Assembly: GCA_963729895.1 (NCBI GenBank) | Contig: CAVSQB010000030.1 | Location: forward strand, 1 to 64,000 | Direction of reading: 5' to 3' | Origin: an uncultured Fibrobacterota bacterium | GTDB taxonomy: Bacteria; Fibrobacterota; Chitinivibrionia; Chitinivibrionales; FEN-1185 | Length of the DNA: 64,000 bases | Part shown: positions 17,613-27,529 of the stretch, one piece after another | How the letters are laid out: each line of letters begins with the position of its first letter | Position numbering within the stretch: the stretch's first letter is position 1 | Translations under genes and position numbers: made by a program | The notes under the pieces: model-generated | What the model saw: the letters and a program-made list of their open reading frames with translations, nothing else | The model's database searches: none | What the model was told of the DNA's origin: nothing

Positions 17613-19877
17613 TCATCGTTCATTTTTGTCTTTGCGTCCATCGTGCTCTTTCGGTGAATCTTGATTGTCCCGTCCGTCATCGAAATCAACTTCATACGCC
17701 GGAGGCTGCCCGAGCCTGGCGCACAACTCGTTAATCTCCTCCTTCAGCTCGATCATCCGCATTTCGCGGTCGACCATGGCATTATTGAACTGCGTGAGCT
17801 CGTCGTTCTTCCGGAGAAGCTCTTCTGATGCCTGCAGGATCTTCTGCTCGGCGTCTTTGCGGTCCGTAATGTCGATAAAGGCGCCGAGGAGCGCCGGCTT
17901 GCCGTCGTAGGTGATGGGGCGAACGCTCGAAAGGGCCGAGAACGGCGAGCCGTCTTTACGCTTGAGTTTGACCTCATACTCCGCCTTGTTCCCTTTCTCC
18001 TTGAGAATGCGAAGCGTCCGGTCCCGTTCTTCCGTGCTCCAGTAAATTTGCGGAGTGCCGCGTCCAAGAAGTTCGCTTTCGGCATAGCCGAAGCTATTCA
18101 CATATGCTTGGTTGACATATAGAAAAGTTGCGTCGGGGATGCTCACCACGCCGATGCCCACGGGCGTTGCTTCAGCGACGGCCTTGAACCGTTCCTCGCT
18201 TTCCCTGAGCGCCATTTCCGCCAGCTTACGCTCGGTGACGTCGTGGGCAACCACTGTGGCTCCGACGATTCTGCCTTTGTTCCAGTGGAATTTGGTGTTC
18301 AAAAACCCCCATATGACGCGGCCGTCTTTTGTCAGCACCCGATACTCGGCGGCCTCGTCGGGCTGGTTTCCGGACTGCGCCTGGCGAATGCGCGATGCAA
18401 AACGGGCCTTCCCCTCTTCGTCAAGGATGTCGAAGGCGGTGATGTTAAGCAATTCTTCGCGCGTGTAGCCGAGGAGCCGGCACATCATGTCGTTGACTTC
18501 CGTGAAGCGGCCCGTGGCGAAATCGACCTCATAGATACCTGCGGGCGCGTGCTGGACAAGCTGGCGGTAGCGCAGCTCGCTTTCGCGCACCGCCTCTTCG
18601 GCCATCATCTGGATCGTTATGTCCCGTCCGTACAGGTTTACGTAACCCGCCTCCGCAACAGGGACAACGACAAAAGAGTAAAATCGTTTTTCGCATTCGA
18701 TCTGAATTGTTCCCTGAGTTTCGGTGGCGAATGCATCCACGATCTCCTGACGCAAGGGTTGCCGAATCTCGCTGCCGACGGCGCAGCCCCACATTTTCAT
18801 GAGCGGTCCGCTCGCGTTATTGGCGTACAGCACGGCTCCGTCTTTGCTCACGCGCAGGATAGGGTTGGGGTTTTCAGACGGAAACTTGGCCAGCATCCCG
18901 ATTTCGGCTTCCATCCGTTTGCGCTCGGTAATGTCACGAATGACGCTCATGACGAATTGCTGCTTGCCTATTGTTATCATCGAGGCGTTGAATTCCACCG
19001 GAATGAGCGTGCCGTTCTTGTGGATCATTTCCGTCTCGCCGCGCAGCACGCCGCCCGATTTGATCGTCTCCAGGTTGGAGACCGTTTCGTTCTTGTGCGG
19101 CGGCGAAAGGAATCCGCCCGTGCTCATGGCGAATATTTCCTCGCGGGAATACCCGGACATGGTCTGCGTTACTTGGTTGCAGTCGACATAGCGGCCGCTG
19201 GCAACGTCGAGGAGAACGATCGCGTCGTTATTGTTCTCAAAGATGCTGCGAAACTTGACTTCTTGATCGCGCAATTGCGTTTCGGAGTTCTTTCGCTCGG
19301 TAATGTCGGTAAAGGAAACGGTCACGCCCGATATTTTTGCTCCTTGCGAGCGCCGCGGGAACATGTGCCGAAGGTACCACGCACCCCGGCACTGGACCTC
19401 ATTGGAAAGCAGGGTGGAGGTGGCAAGGACCTTTTTCGCGTCCGAGACTAGGTCTTTGCCCAGGCAGACATCGGAGAACTGGTCAACCTGTCTGTTAATG
19501 TCGCTTTTTGCAAGCTTGACAAGCCGGTTGATGGCAGGGGTAAAGTTGGCTATGCGCAATGTGTCGTCCAAGAACAGGGCCGGGATGTCGCTGACGGATT
19601 CCAGTTCCTCCAGCGCGGTGTTGAGATGGTTGTTGGCCGCTTTGAGCTCGTCGCCGGTGTAGATGAGTTCCTCGTTGGTTGTGCGCAGCTCTTCGTTGGT
19701 TACGCGCAGCTCCTCATTGGTGGTCTGGATCTCTTCGTTGAACGCGGCGAGCTCTTCGTTGCGCGCCTGGAGGTCGTGTTCCTTGGCCGCCAGTTTGAGT
19801 TCGAGTTTCTTGATTTTGGGTAGCGTTTTCGGAGGAGTCGGTACTTTTTTGGAGGTTTTCTTCCTGGATGATTTCAT
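17613..19877 (-). CDS. Multi-PAS protein (coiled coil, five PAS-type domains, C-terminal coiled coil; no catalytic output domain)
   Basis: TNEEL heptads; five DIT/DVT-terminated PAS modules; ends REMRMIELKEEINEL. Confidence 0.88.
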   Translation of the reverse strand: MKSSRKKTSKKVPTPPKTLPKIKKLELKLAAKEHDLQARNEELAAFNEEIQTTNEELRVTNEELRTTNEELIYTGDELKAANNHLNTALEELESVSDIPALFLDDTLRIANFTPAINRLVKLAKSDINRQVDQFSDVCLGKDLVSDAKKVLATSTLLSNEVQCRGAWYLRHMFPRRSQGAKISGVTVSFTDITERKNSETQLRDQEVKFRSIFENNNDAIVLLDVASGRYVDCNQVTQTMSGYSREEIFAMSTGGFLSPPHKNETVSNLETIKSGGVLRGETEMIHKNGTLIPVEFNASMITIGKQQFVMSVIRDITERKRMEAEIGMLAKFPSENPNPILRVSKDGAVLYANNASGPLMKMWGCAVGSEIRQPLRQEIVDAFATETQGTIQIECEKRFYSFVVVPVAEAGYVNLYGRDITIQMMAEEAVRESELRYRQLVQHAPAGIYEVDFATGRFTEVNDMMCRLLGYTREELLNITAFDILDEEGKARFASRIRQAQSGNQPDEAAEYRVLTKDGRVIWGFLNTKFHWNKGRIVGATVVAHDVTERKLAEMALRESEERFKAVAEATPVGIGVVSIPDATFLYVNQAYVNSFGYAESELLGRGTPQIYWSTEERDRTLRILKEKGNKAEYEVKLKRKDGSPFSALSSVRPITYDGKPALLGAFIDITDRKDAEQKILQASEELLRKNDELTQFNNAMVDREMRMIELKEEINELCARLGQPPAYEVDFDDGRDNQDSPKEHDGRKDKNER

Positions 19878-22528
19878 TGAGCCGCCCCGGGCAAGCTCAT
19901 TTTGGAGTATCCGGTGATGTCCGAAAAGGTAATTACCACGCCGTCAATGACGTTTTCCAGGGTGCGGTACGGCATGATCCGCACCACGAACCGCCGACTA
20001 TCGTGCGTGGTGACCTGTTTTTCGCAAAACACAAGCGTTCGCAGGACTTCTTTGGCGTCCTCGATAAGCTCGGGATAGAGAAGGATCGAAGAAAGGTCCA
20101 TGATGGGGCGTCCCACGTCGGTGGCGATCAACTTGATGATCTTTGTGGCCTCGGTGGTGAAGCGCCGCACCGTGAGGTCGTTGGTGAGGAACACCGTGGC
20201 GATGTCGGTGCTGTTGAGAAGGTTTTTCATGTCGTTGTTCATCCGCGACAGCTCATCCACCTTCACCTGAAGCTCGGTGTTGACGGTCTGGAGTTCTTCG
20301 TTGAGCGACTGCATCTCTTCTTTAGAGGTAGTAAGTTCCTCATTGGTGGATTGGAGCTCTTCGTTTGTCGATTGCAATTCCTCGTTGGTCGCCCTGAGTT
20401 CCTCTTGCGAAGTCCGCATCTCGTCCCTGGTGATCCGAAGCTCCTCGCGGTTGTGCGCAAGCTCTTTTTCAACTGCGGCAAGCGTACTTTTGCGAAGCGG
20501 GCCCACTTTGCCCCGGGGAGCAGGAGAGGATCTTTCCGGCACAGCACGCGCATCGGAAAAAACGATGGCCACCAGGCCGCGCAGCGCCTTCGGTTCGTCG
20601 ATGGCCCGGGCGGCCAGGTCAAAACGCAGAACGCCGCTTCCGGTCTTTACGCTCAGGTTGCTCATGTAGACGGTTTCTTCTTGGCGAAGCGCCTTCTGGA
20701 AAACGTTTGTGAGCTCGTAGCGCAATTCCTCGCGCGCCATGGCGAAAATATTCAGATTCGCCTTGCCTGCCGGAAGTTCGAGGTATCTGGAAGTCCTTCC
20801 GTTGCTGTAGATGATGTCTCCTTCCTTGTTGACAAGGACCGAAGGCGGAGAAAATTGCTGCAGGAAGAGCTGGTCCGCCATGGCCTGAAAGGTCCTGTCG
20901 GACGCGGGGCGAGCATACGGTTGCGGCCCCGTTCCCGTGCGGGCGGAGACAAACGAGGACGGGAATTCGAACGGTTCGGCCGGGGAAGACTGGATGCGCC
21001 TGTAAATCTTGGATTTGCTTTCCACCTGGGAAAACAAGTTGGTAAACCCGTTGGTGGTCTCCGCGCTGCCCAGAAACAGGATGCCGCCGGGATTGAGGCT
21101 GTAATGGAACAGCGGCAGCAGTTTCTTCTGCAGGTCCTGGGTCAGGTAAATAAGCAGGTTGCGGCATGAGAGAATGTCCAGCTTGGTGAACGGCGGGTCC
21201 ATGATGAGGTTTTGCGTCGCAAAGATGACCGTTTCACGGATCTCCTTACACACATGGAAGTCGTCTCCGTCCCGCAAAAAAAAGCGGTCCAGCCGTTTGG
21301 AAGAAACGTCGGCGGCGACGTTCGCCGGATACAAACCCTGGCGGCCCTTGTCGATGGCGGCCTTGTCGAGATCGGTGGCGAATACCTGGAGCGCAAAACG
21401 GTCCTTTGGCCTCACCTGGTCGATGGCTTCCCTAAACACCATCGCCAGCGAATAGGCTTCCTCGCCGGTGGAACATCCCGGCACCCATGCCCGAAAGGTC
21501 CGTCCCGATGGACATGCGGCAATAAGCTCCGGAATCACCCGGTCCCGCAGCCTGGCCCATTCAACCGGGTCGCGGAAGAAATTGGTGACGCCGATGAGCA
21601 GTTCCTTGAACAATATTTCAAGTTCCTGGGGGTTTTCCTGGAGAAACCGGATATAGGCGTTGATTTTGTCAATCTGGTGCACTCCCATGCGACGCTCGAT
21701 CCGGCGGTACATGGTGCTTTTCTTGTACTGGGAAAAATCGTGGCCGGTGTTGGCCCGAAGGAGGATTATCGCTTTTTCAAAGGCGCTGTCGCCCTGCTCC
21801 CGGTCCACCGATTCGGTCCGGGTGAACAGTGGTGTGAGGTGAAGAAAGTCCGTTATTTTGGCGGGAAGGGCTTCCGCCGGGGCGATATAATCCACCATTC
21901 CCGAATCGATGGCGCTGCGCGGCATGCCGTCGAATTTCGCCGATGCGGGGTCCTGGACAAGAACCACGCCCGCCTTTTCCTTGATGGCCCTGAGTCCGAG
22001 CGTGCCGTCGGTTCCCATGCCGGAAAGAATGACGCCGATGCTTTTATCCTGCATGTCAAGGGCAAGGGACCGGAAGAAGAAATCGATGGGCAGGCGCATT
22101 CCGCGAGGCGCACTGGGTTCAAAAAGGTGCAGCGTTCGGTGCAGGATGGACATGTCTTTGTTGGACGGGATCACATACACGAAATTTGGTTTTACCCTCA
22201 TCCGGTCTTTGGCCTGGACAACGCTCATGCCGGTTATGCGTTGCAACAGCTCGGCCATGATTCCCTTGTGGGTCGGGTCAAGGTGCTGCACAATGACAAA
22301 AGCCATTCCGCACCCCGCGGGGACGTTCTTCAGGAACATCTCTATGGCCTCCAGTCCGCCGGCGGACGCGCCTATGCCGACAATGGGGAATGATCCTGAA
22401 GCGGCGGCCCGGCGTTTGGCTCGTTGAAACCCCGGAGAGGTTGCGGCAGACGTGGTGGAGATCCGTTTCTTCGCGGCCCCGGTGGTTTGCTTAAGCATGG
22501 TTGTTACCTGTACCTTTTGGTTTGACAC
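19874..22528 (-). CDS. CheB methylesterase-CheR methyltransferase fusion with coiled coil and PAS
   Basis: GASAGG, VQHL, GTDG (CheB triad); GCSTGEEAYS, CRNLLIY (CheR); EELQSTNEEL heptads. Start may be ATG 22498. Confidence 0.93.
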   Translation of the reverse strand: MSNQKVQVTTMLKQTTGAAKKRISTTSAATSPGFQRAKRRAAASGSFPIVGIGASAGGLEAIEMFLKNVPAGCGMAFVIVQHLDPTHKGIMAELLQRITGMSVVQAKDRMRVKPNFVYVIPSNKDMSILHRTLHLFEPSAPRGMRLPIDFFFRSLALDMQDKSIGVILSGMGTDGTLGLRAIKEKAGVVLVQDPASAKFDGMPRSAIDSGMVDYIAPAEALPAKITDFLHLTPLFTRTESVDREQGDSAFEKAIILLRANTGHDFSQYKKSTMYRRIERRMGVHQIDKINAYIRFLQENPQELEILFKELLIGVTNFFRDPVEWARLRDRVIPELIAACPSGRTFRAWVPGCSTGEEAYSLAMVFREAIDQVRPKDRFALQVFATDLDKAAIDKGRQGLYPANVAADVSSKRLDRFFLRDGDDFHVCKEIRETVIFATQNLIMDPPFTKLDILSCRNLLIYLTQDLQKKLLPLFHYSLNPGGILFLGSAETTNGFTNLFSQVESKSKIYRRIQSSPAEPFEFPSSFVSARTGTGPQPYARPASDRTFQAMADQLFLQQFSPPSVLVNKEGDIIYSNGRTSRYLELPAGKANLNIFAMAREELRYELTNVFQKALRQEETVYMSNLSVKTGSGVLRFDLAARAIDEPKALRGLVAIVFSDARAVPERSSPAPRGKVGPLRKSTLAAVEKELAHNREELRITRDEMRTSQEELRATNEELQSTNEELQSTNEELTTSKEEMQSLNEELQTVNTELQVKVDELSRMNNDMKNLLNSTDIATVFLTNDLTVRRFTTEATKIIKLIATDVGRPIMDLSSILLYPELIEDAKEVLRTLVFCEKQVTTHDSRRFVVRIMPYRTLENVIDGVVITFSDITGYSKMSLPGAAQ

Positions 22529-22670
22529 GTTTTCATTAAACTACTTCTCGAATATTTGGATCAAAAGAGAATAAAACCTGCTTTTCCCGGCGGCAACAAT
22601 GCATGTGGCCGGCAGCAGTCATTTATATTTTGCCCGGGCACGTATCCGGGTTTCATGAGACTACAAAGAT

Positions 22671-23246
22671 ATGATTCGAAAAGTGGTTCGCCACCCGCTC
22701 ACAAACGTAACAATCTTTGCAAAAGAGACGCCTGCGGGCATTGTCATCTGCGGCATTTCGTTCGGCGTCAGGAAGACGCTTGATGGCGCGCCTGCCGTGG
22801 AATCCAATCACCCTGTGTTGCGTTCCTATGCAAAGGCAGTTGCAGGTTTCCTTTCAGGGACCGTCACGACGCTTGCCGATATCCCCATCGACCTTGGCGG
22901 TGCCACGCCGTTTACGAAGGCAGTGCTCGCTTCGTGCAAACGTATTCCCCGGGGAAGCACGGTTTCCTACAGCCGTCTGGCCCACATGGCCGGGTATCTG
23001 CGAGCGGTCCGCGCCGCTGCATCCGTCATGCGCAACAACAGGTTCCCGCTGGTTGTTCCTTGTCACCGTGTAATTGCAAAGAACGGGGGACTGGGCGGTT
23101 TTATGGGAGCTACCCGTGGAACAGCCATCGCGCTCAAGCGCGCGCTGCTCGAATTGGAAGGGGTGGGCGCATTTGCCGGCGCCGGCATGCCGCAGGCGGC
23201 CGGCAATCCGGAACCTTATCCTCGTTTCACCATTTCCTTCCGGTAA
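22671..23246 (+). CDS. ogt: Methylated-DNA--protein-cysteine methyltransferase
   Basis: IPRGSTVSY..RAVRA..PCHRV active site. Confidence 0.9.
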   Translation: MIRKVVRHPLTNVTIFAKETPAGIVICGISFGVRKTLDGAPAVESNHPVLRSYAKAVAGFLSGTVTTLADIPIDLGGATPFTKAVLASCKRIPRGSTVSYSRLAHMAGYLRAVRAAASVMRNNRFPLVVPCHRVIAKNGGLGGFMGATRGTAIALKRALLELEGVGAFAGAGMPQAAGNPEPYPRFTISFR

Positions 23247-23267
23247 GATTTTTCGTCAAAAGTACTA

Positions 23268-23296
23268 TTGAAATCCGCCGGCATCCTTGATATACT
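23268..23296 (+). promoter_or_regulatory. Putative sigma70-type promoter of the PilZ gene
   Basis: TTGAAA-N17-TATACT. Confidence 0.55.
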
Positions 23297-23369
23297 TATT
23301 CTGCCGACAAACACGATGGGTCGGCAGGCCGGGCATTGAGCCCGGTTCATCCAACCTAAGGAGCCGCTC

Positions 23370-23735
23370 ATGGCCACAAACGAATCCGCTTTCGACCGGC
23401 GCCAGCATCCGCGATTATCCTGCAACACCTCGCCATTCCAGGTGTCGTTCAAATGCAACGGCGGGGACATGTCGGCATTTGTCGAAGACATTTCGTCTAT
23501 GGGCGCAAAGCTGCGTATTACGAAGGCCTCCGCACACATTCCGTTCCTTGTCCAGGGGGAATTCACTTACACGTTTCACACCGCGCTCGGGCCCACCCAA
23601 TGCAGGGCGCGAACCGTGTGGGTGCAGCGCAAGGGAGCGGAATTCCTGTGGGGTGTGGAATTCATCAGGCTCGACTCAAAGGACAATAACCCGCTCAACG
23701 TGATCATCAAGGACCTGAGCACCCAGGCGATGTAG
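23370..23735 (+). CDS. Stand-alone PilZ domain protein
   Basis: RRQHPR (RxxxR) and DISSMG (DxSxxG); TAAGGAG RBS. Confidence 0.88.
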   Translation: MATNESAFDRRQHPRLSCNTSPFQVSFKCNGGDMSAFVEDISSMGAKLRITKASAHIPFLVQGEFTYTFHTALGPTQCRARTVWVQRKGAEFLWGVEFIRLDSKDNNPLNVIIKDLSTQAM

Positions 23736-23773
23736 TCAAGAGTTGAACGGTTTAGAAGTGGAAGTGCACAAGA

Positions 23774-23809
23774 AAAGGACCCTGGAGAAACCAACCTCCG
23801 GGGTCCTTT
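23774..23809. terminator. Bidirectional intrinsic terminator between convergent genes
   Basis: AAAGGACCCTGGAG / CTCCGGGGTCCTTT stem with A and T tails. Confidence 0.75.
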
Positions 23810-23830
23810 CTCATCGGCGAACGACCGTAT

Positions 23831-26800
23831 CTACATCTGCATGGCCGCCAGGCTCTTGAGCATGGCAAACTTCGAATTCACGTTTTTCTGCGCAAGGGCC
23901 ATGAACTTCTCCGACGCCTGCGGGTTCGTGCGCTGCAGCACCTTGTACCGGTTCTCGCGCATGGTGTAATCCACGAGCGTCATGGTCGGTTCCTTACTGT
24001 CGAGCTGAAGCGGGTTTTTTCCCTCCATGGCAAGCGCGGGATTGTACCGGTACAGGGGCCAGTGGCCCGAGGCAACCGCGTTCTTCTGCTCCTGGTATCC
24101 GTCGATCATGTCGATGCCGTGGTTGATGCACTGGGCATAACACAGGATAAGCGACGGGCCCTCGTATGCCTCGGCTTCCACAAATGCCTTTACCGCCTGC
24201 TGCGGGTTTGCGCCGAGCGCGACCTTGGCCACAAAAATGTACCCGTAGCTCATGGCAATGAGTCCCATGTCTTTCTTGAACGTCGGTTTGCCGCCTGCGG
24301 CGAATTTCGCAACCGCGCCCATGGGCGTCGATTTTGAAGACTGGCCGCCGGTGTTGGAATACACCTCGGTGTCGAGCACCATGAGGTTGACATTGCGGTT
24401 GCTGGCCAGAACGTGGTCGAGGCCTCCGTAGCCGATGTCGTATGCCCAGCCGTCGCCGCCGAACGCCCACACCGATTTTCTGCCGAGAAAATCGGCAACC
24501 GAGAGAAGCTGTTTTGCATCGGCGGTGGAAAGCTTGGCCAGTTCGGCCTTTGCGCGGTCTATCGTGGCGCGGAGGGCTTCCAGTTTGTCGCGGTCGCCCT
24601 GGTCCGCAGCCAGGATCTCGCCCAGAAGGGTTTTGACCTCTGCGCCGCAGGAGCCGTTTTCAATCATTGCCTTTGCGGAAATCCTCGCAATATCGGCGAA
24701 TTTGTCGACCGACAGGCGGATGCCGAACGACACTTCCGCCGGGTCTTCGAACAGGGAGTTGTTCCAGGCCGGGCCGCGTCCGTCCCCGCGCTTGCAATAG
24801 GGCGTGGTGGGAAGGTTGCCGCCGTAAATTGAAGAGCAACCCGTTGCATTCGCGATAATCGCGCGCTCGCCGAAAAGCTGGGTCACGAGCTTGACATACG
24901 GTGTTTCTCCGCAGCCCGCGCAGGCGCCGGAAAACTCGAAGAGCGGACGGACGAACTGGCTGCCCTTCATGGTGTCCGTTTTGAAAAGTTTTGCGTCGGT
25001 TTCCGGGAGTTTGAGGAAGAATTCCCAGTTTTTTGCCTCGGCTTCGCGGAGCGGGGTTTGCGGTTTCATCATGATCGCGTCGCCTTTGCCGGTCATGGGG
25101 CAGTTCTGCACGCACACGCCGCACCCGGTGCAGTCCTCAACCGCCACCTGCATCGTGTACTTGAGCCCGGCGTACTCTTTGCCCTTTGCGTCAACGGACT
25201 TGAACGTGGCAGGCGCGCCTGCAAGATACTTGGCCTCATACGCCTTGGGACGTATGGTGGCGTGCGGACACAAGAGAGAGCAACGGTGGCATTGGATGCA
25301 CACCGCCGGGTTCCAGACCGGCACGGTAACGGCGATGTTCCGTTTTTCGTACTGGGTGGTTGCCGTGGGCCATACGCCGTCCGCCGGCATCTGCGAGACC
25401 TTGATGGTATGTCCCATCTGCTTGAGCAGGGTGCCGATAACCTGCTTGACAAATTCCGGTGCGTCGTCCGGCACGGGCTTGATGTCCAGGATCGGATTGG
25501 AAACCTCTTTGGGATATTCCACCCTGTTAATCTCGCTCTGCGCCTTGTCGACGGCGGAATTATTCATCTGGACTATTTTCTCGCCTTTTTTTCCGTACGA
25601 CTTCTGGATGGCGTACTTGATGGAATTGATCGCCTTGATATCGTCCATGACCTTGGAGATACGGAAGAACGCGGTCTGCATGATCACGTTGATGCGGGCG
25701 CCCAGGCCGAGCTGTTGCGCAATTCCCACAGCGTCAATCACGTAGAACTGCGCCTTCTTGCCGATGATCTGCTCCTGCACCCGTCCGGGCAGCTTGGACC
25801 AGATGGTTTTCGCGTCGTATTCGGAGGTGAGCAGGAACACGCCGCCCTCTTCGAGAAAGCTCAGCATATCGTACTTCTCAAGAAAGGAAAAATTGTGGCA
25901 CGCGATGAAATTCGCTTTTGTGATGAGATAGGGGCGGCGTATGGGCTTTGGCCCGAACCTCAGGTGCGACACGGTGACCGCGCCCGCTTTCTTCGAGTCG
26001 TACACGAAATATCCCTGCGCGAAGTTGGGGGTTTCCTCGCCGATGATCTTGATGGAATTCTTGTTCGCGCCGACCGTGCCGTCCGATCCGAGACCGTAGA
26101 ACAGCGCGCGGTGCGTTTCCTTGTCTTCCACTGAAAATGCCGGGTCGTAGGCAAGTGAGGCGCCGGTCACGTCGTCGTCGATGCCGACCATAAAGTGGTT
26201 CTTTGGCTTGTCTTTTGCGAGTTCGTCGAAGATGCCCTTGATCATGGCAGGCGTAAACTCGGCGCAGCCGAGGCCGTACCGTCCGCCCACGATTTTGGGA
26301 TATTCCTTGAACGCGGCCGTGCCGTCGCTCATGGCTTCGCCGACTGCGGTGCGTACGTCTTCGTACAAGGGTTCGCCCAGCGACCCCGGCTCCTTGGTGC
26401 GGTCGAGCACCGCGATTTTCTTTACCGATGCGGGTAGCGCCTTCACAAACAGTTTTGCCTCGAACGGCCTGAACAGGTGCACCTTGAGCACGCCCAGCTT
26501 GCTTCCGCGAGCGTTGAGGTAGTCGATGGCGTCCTGCACGGCCTCGCCGCCCGACCCCATGATGATGATGATGCGGTCTGCATCCGGCGCGCCGACGTAG
26601 TCGAACAGGTGATACTGGCGGCCCGTAAGCTTGGCGAACTTGTCCATGGCTTCCTGAACGATGCCGGGGCAGGCTGCGTAGTACTTGTTGACCGTTTCAC
26701 GGCCCTGAAAGTAAACGTCCGGGTTCTGGGAGGTTCCGCGGAGCGTCGGGTGGTCCGGCGACATGCCGCGGGATCGGTGGGCCCGAACCAGATCGTCGTC

Positions 26801-27388
26801 TATCATTGCACGCATGTCGTCGAAGGTGAGTTCTTCGATTTTCTGCACCTCGTGCGAGGTACGGAATCCATCGTAAAAATGAACAAAAGGAATGCGCGAC
26901 TTGAGCGTCGCAGCCTGGGCAATGAGCGCAAAGTCCATTGCCTCCTGCACCGAATTTGAACAGAAGAGCGCAAACCCCGTTTGCCGGGTCGCCATCACGT
27001 CGCTGTGATCGCCGAAAATCGAAAGTCCCTGGCAGGCGATTGCGCGGGCAGTGACGTGAAACGCGGTCGGCATGAGCTCGCCCGCGATCTTGAACATTGT
27101 GGGAATCATCAGCAGCAGGCCTTGCGATGCGGTGAACGTGGTGGTGAGCGCGCCCGTGCACAACGATCCGTGCACGGCACCGGCGGCGCCCGCTTCGGAC
27201 TGGAGTTCGGCAACGGTCGGCACGTTTCCCCAGATGTTTTTCTCGCCTTTTGCAGACTTTTCGTCGGCAATCTCGCCAAGTCCCGAAGACGGAGTAATCG
27301 GATAGATCGCCATGACTTCGTTAACCGCGTGTGCAACGTGAGCGCATGCGGTGTTGCCTTCGTGCGGGACCATTTTCCGTTGTGCCAT
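23831..27388 (-). CDS. nifJ: Pyruvate:ferredoxin (flavodoxin) oxidoreductase
   Basis: YPITPS, QSEAGAAG, two CxxCxxCxxxC ferredoxin motifs, FSGACAGCGE, GGDGWAYDIG, YSNTGGQ. Confidence 0.96.
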   Translation of the reverse strand: MAQRKMVPHEGNTACAHVAHAVNEVMAIYPITPSSGLGEIADEKSAKGEKNIWGNVPTVAELQSEAGAAGAVHGSLCTGALTTTFTASQGLLLMIPTMFKIAGELMPTAFHVTARAIACQGLSIFGDHSDVMATRQTGFALFCSNSVQEAMDFALIAQAATLKSRIPFVHFYDGFRTSHEVQKIEELTFDDMRAMIDDDLVRAHRSRGMSPDHPTLRGTSQNPDVYFQGRETVNKYYAACPGIVQEAMDKFAKLTGRQYHLFDYVGAPDADRIIIIMGSGGEAVQDAIDYLNARGSKLGVLKVHLFRPFEAKLFVKALPASVKKIAVLDRTKEPGSLGEPLYEDVRTAVGEAMSDGTAAFKEYPKIVGGRYGLGCAEFTPAMIKGIFDELAKDKPKNHFMVGIDDDVTGASLAYDPAFSVEDKETHRALFYGLGSDGTVGANKNSIKIIGEETPNFAQGYFVYDSKKAGAVTVSHLRFGPKPIRRPYLITKANFIACHNFSFLEKYDMLSFLEEGGVFLLTSEYDAKTIWSKLPGRVQEQIIGKKAQFYVIDAVGIAQQLGLGARINVIMQTAFFRISKVMDDIKAINSIKYAIQKSYGKKGEKIVQMNNSAVDKAQSEINRVEYPKEVSNPILDIKPVPDDAPEFVKQVIGTLLKQMGHTIKVSQMPADGVWPTATTQYEKRNIAVTVPVWNPAVCIQCHRCSLLCPHATIRPKAYEAKYLAGAPATFKSVDAKGKEYAGLKYTMQVAVEDCTGCGVCVQNCPMTGKGDAIMMKPQTPLREAEAKNWEFFLKLPETDAKLFKTDTMKGSQFVRPLFEFSGACAGCGETPYVKLVTQLFGERAIIANATGCSSIYGGNLPTTPYCKRGDGRGPAWNNSLFEDPAEVSFGIRLSVDKFADIARISAKAMIENGSCGAEVKTLLGEILAADQGDRDKLEALRATIDRAKAELAKLSTADAKQLLSVADFLGRKSVWAFGGDGWAYDIGYGGLDHVLASNRNVNLMVLDTEVYSNTGGQSSKSTPMGAVAKFAAGGKPTFKKDMGLIAMSYGYIFVAKVALGANPQQAVKAFVEAEAYEGPSLILCYAQCINHGIDMIDGYQEQKNAVASGHWPLYRYNPALAMEGKNPLQLDSKEPTMTLVDYTMRENRYKVLQRTNPQASEKFMALAQKNVNSKFAMLKSLAAMQM

Positions 27389-27449
27389 AAAAAAGCTCCT
27401 GTTTTGTATGAGTGTTGTTTTGATGGCGGAATTTTGGGAAGAGTCAACT

Positions 27450-27478
27450 AAAATACATAAGGGCGGCGGGTGATTCAA
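27450..27478 (-). promoter_or_regulatory. Putative sigma70-type promoter for the PFOR gene
   Basis: TTGAAT-N17-TATTTT. Confidence 0.5.
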
Positions 27479-27529
27479 GACACGGCGAGGCGGAATCGAA
27501 ATGGCGTCCGGGATGACGCTTTGAGTACT

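Noticed and set aside
19660..20410. 21-nt periodic repeats as a CRISPR array or VNTR
   Set aside because: They encode degenerate coiled-coil heptads (TNEEL) and have no spacers.
23318..23350. tRNA-like 3' end on the minus strand
   Set aside because: The loop is CTCAATG rather than TTCRANY, it ends ACCCA, and no 5' acceptor strand or anticodon arm is present.
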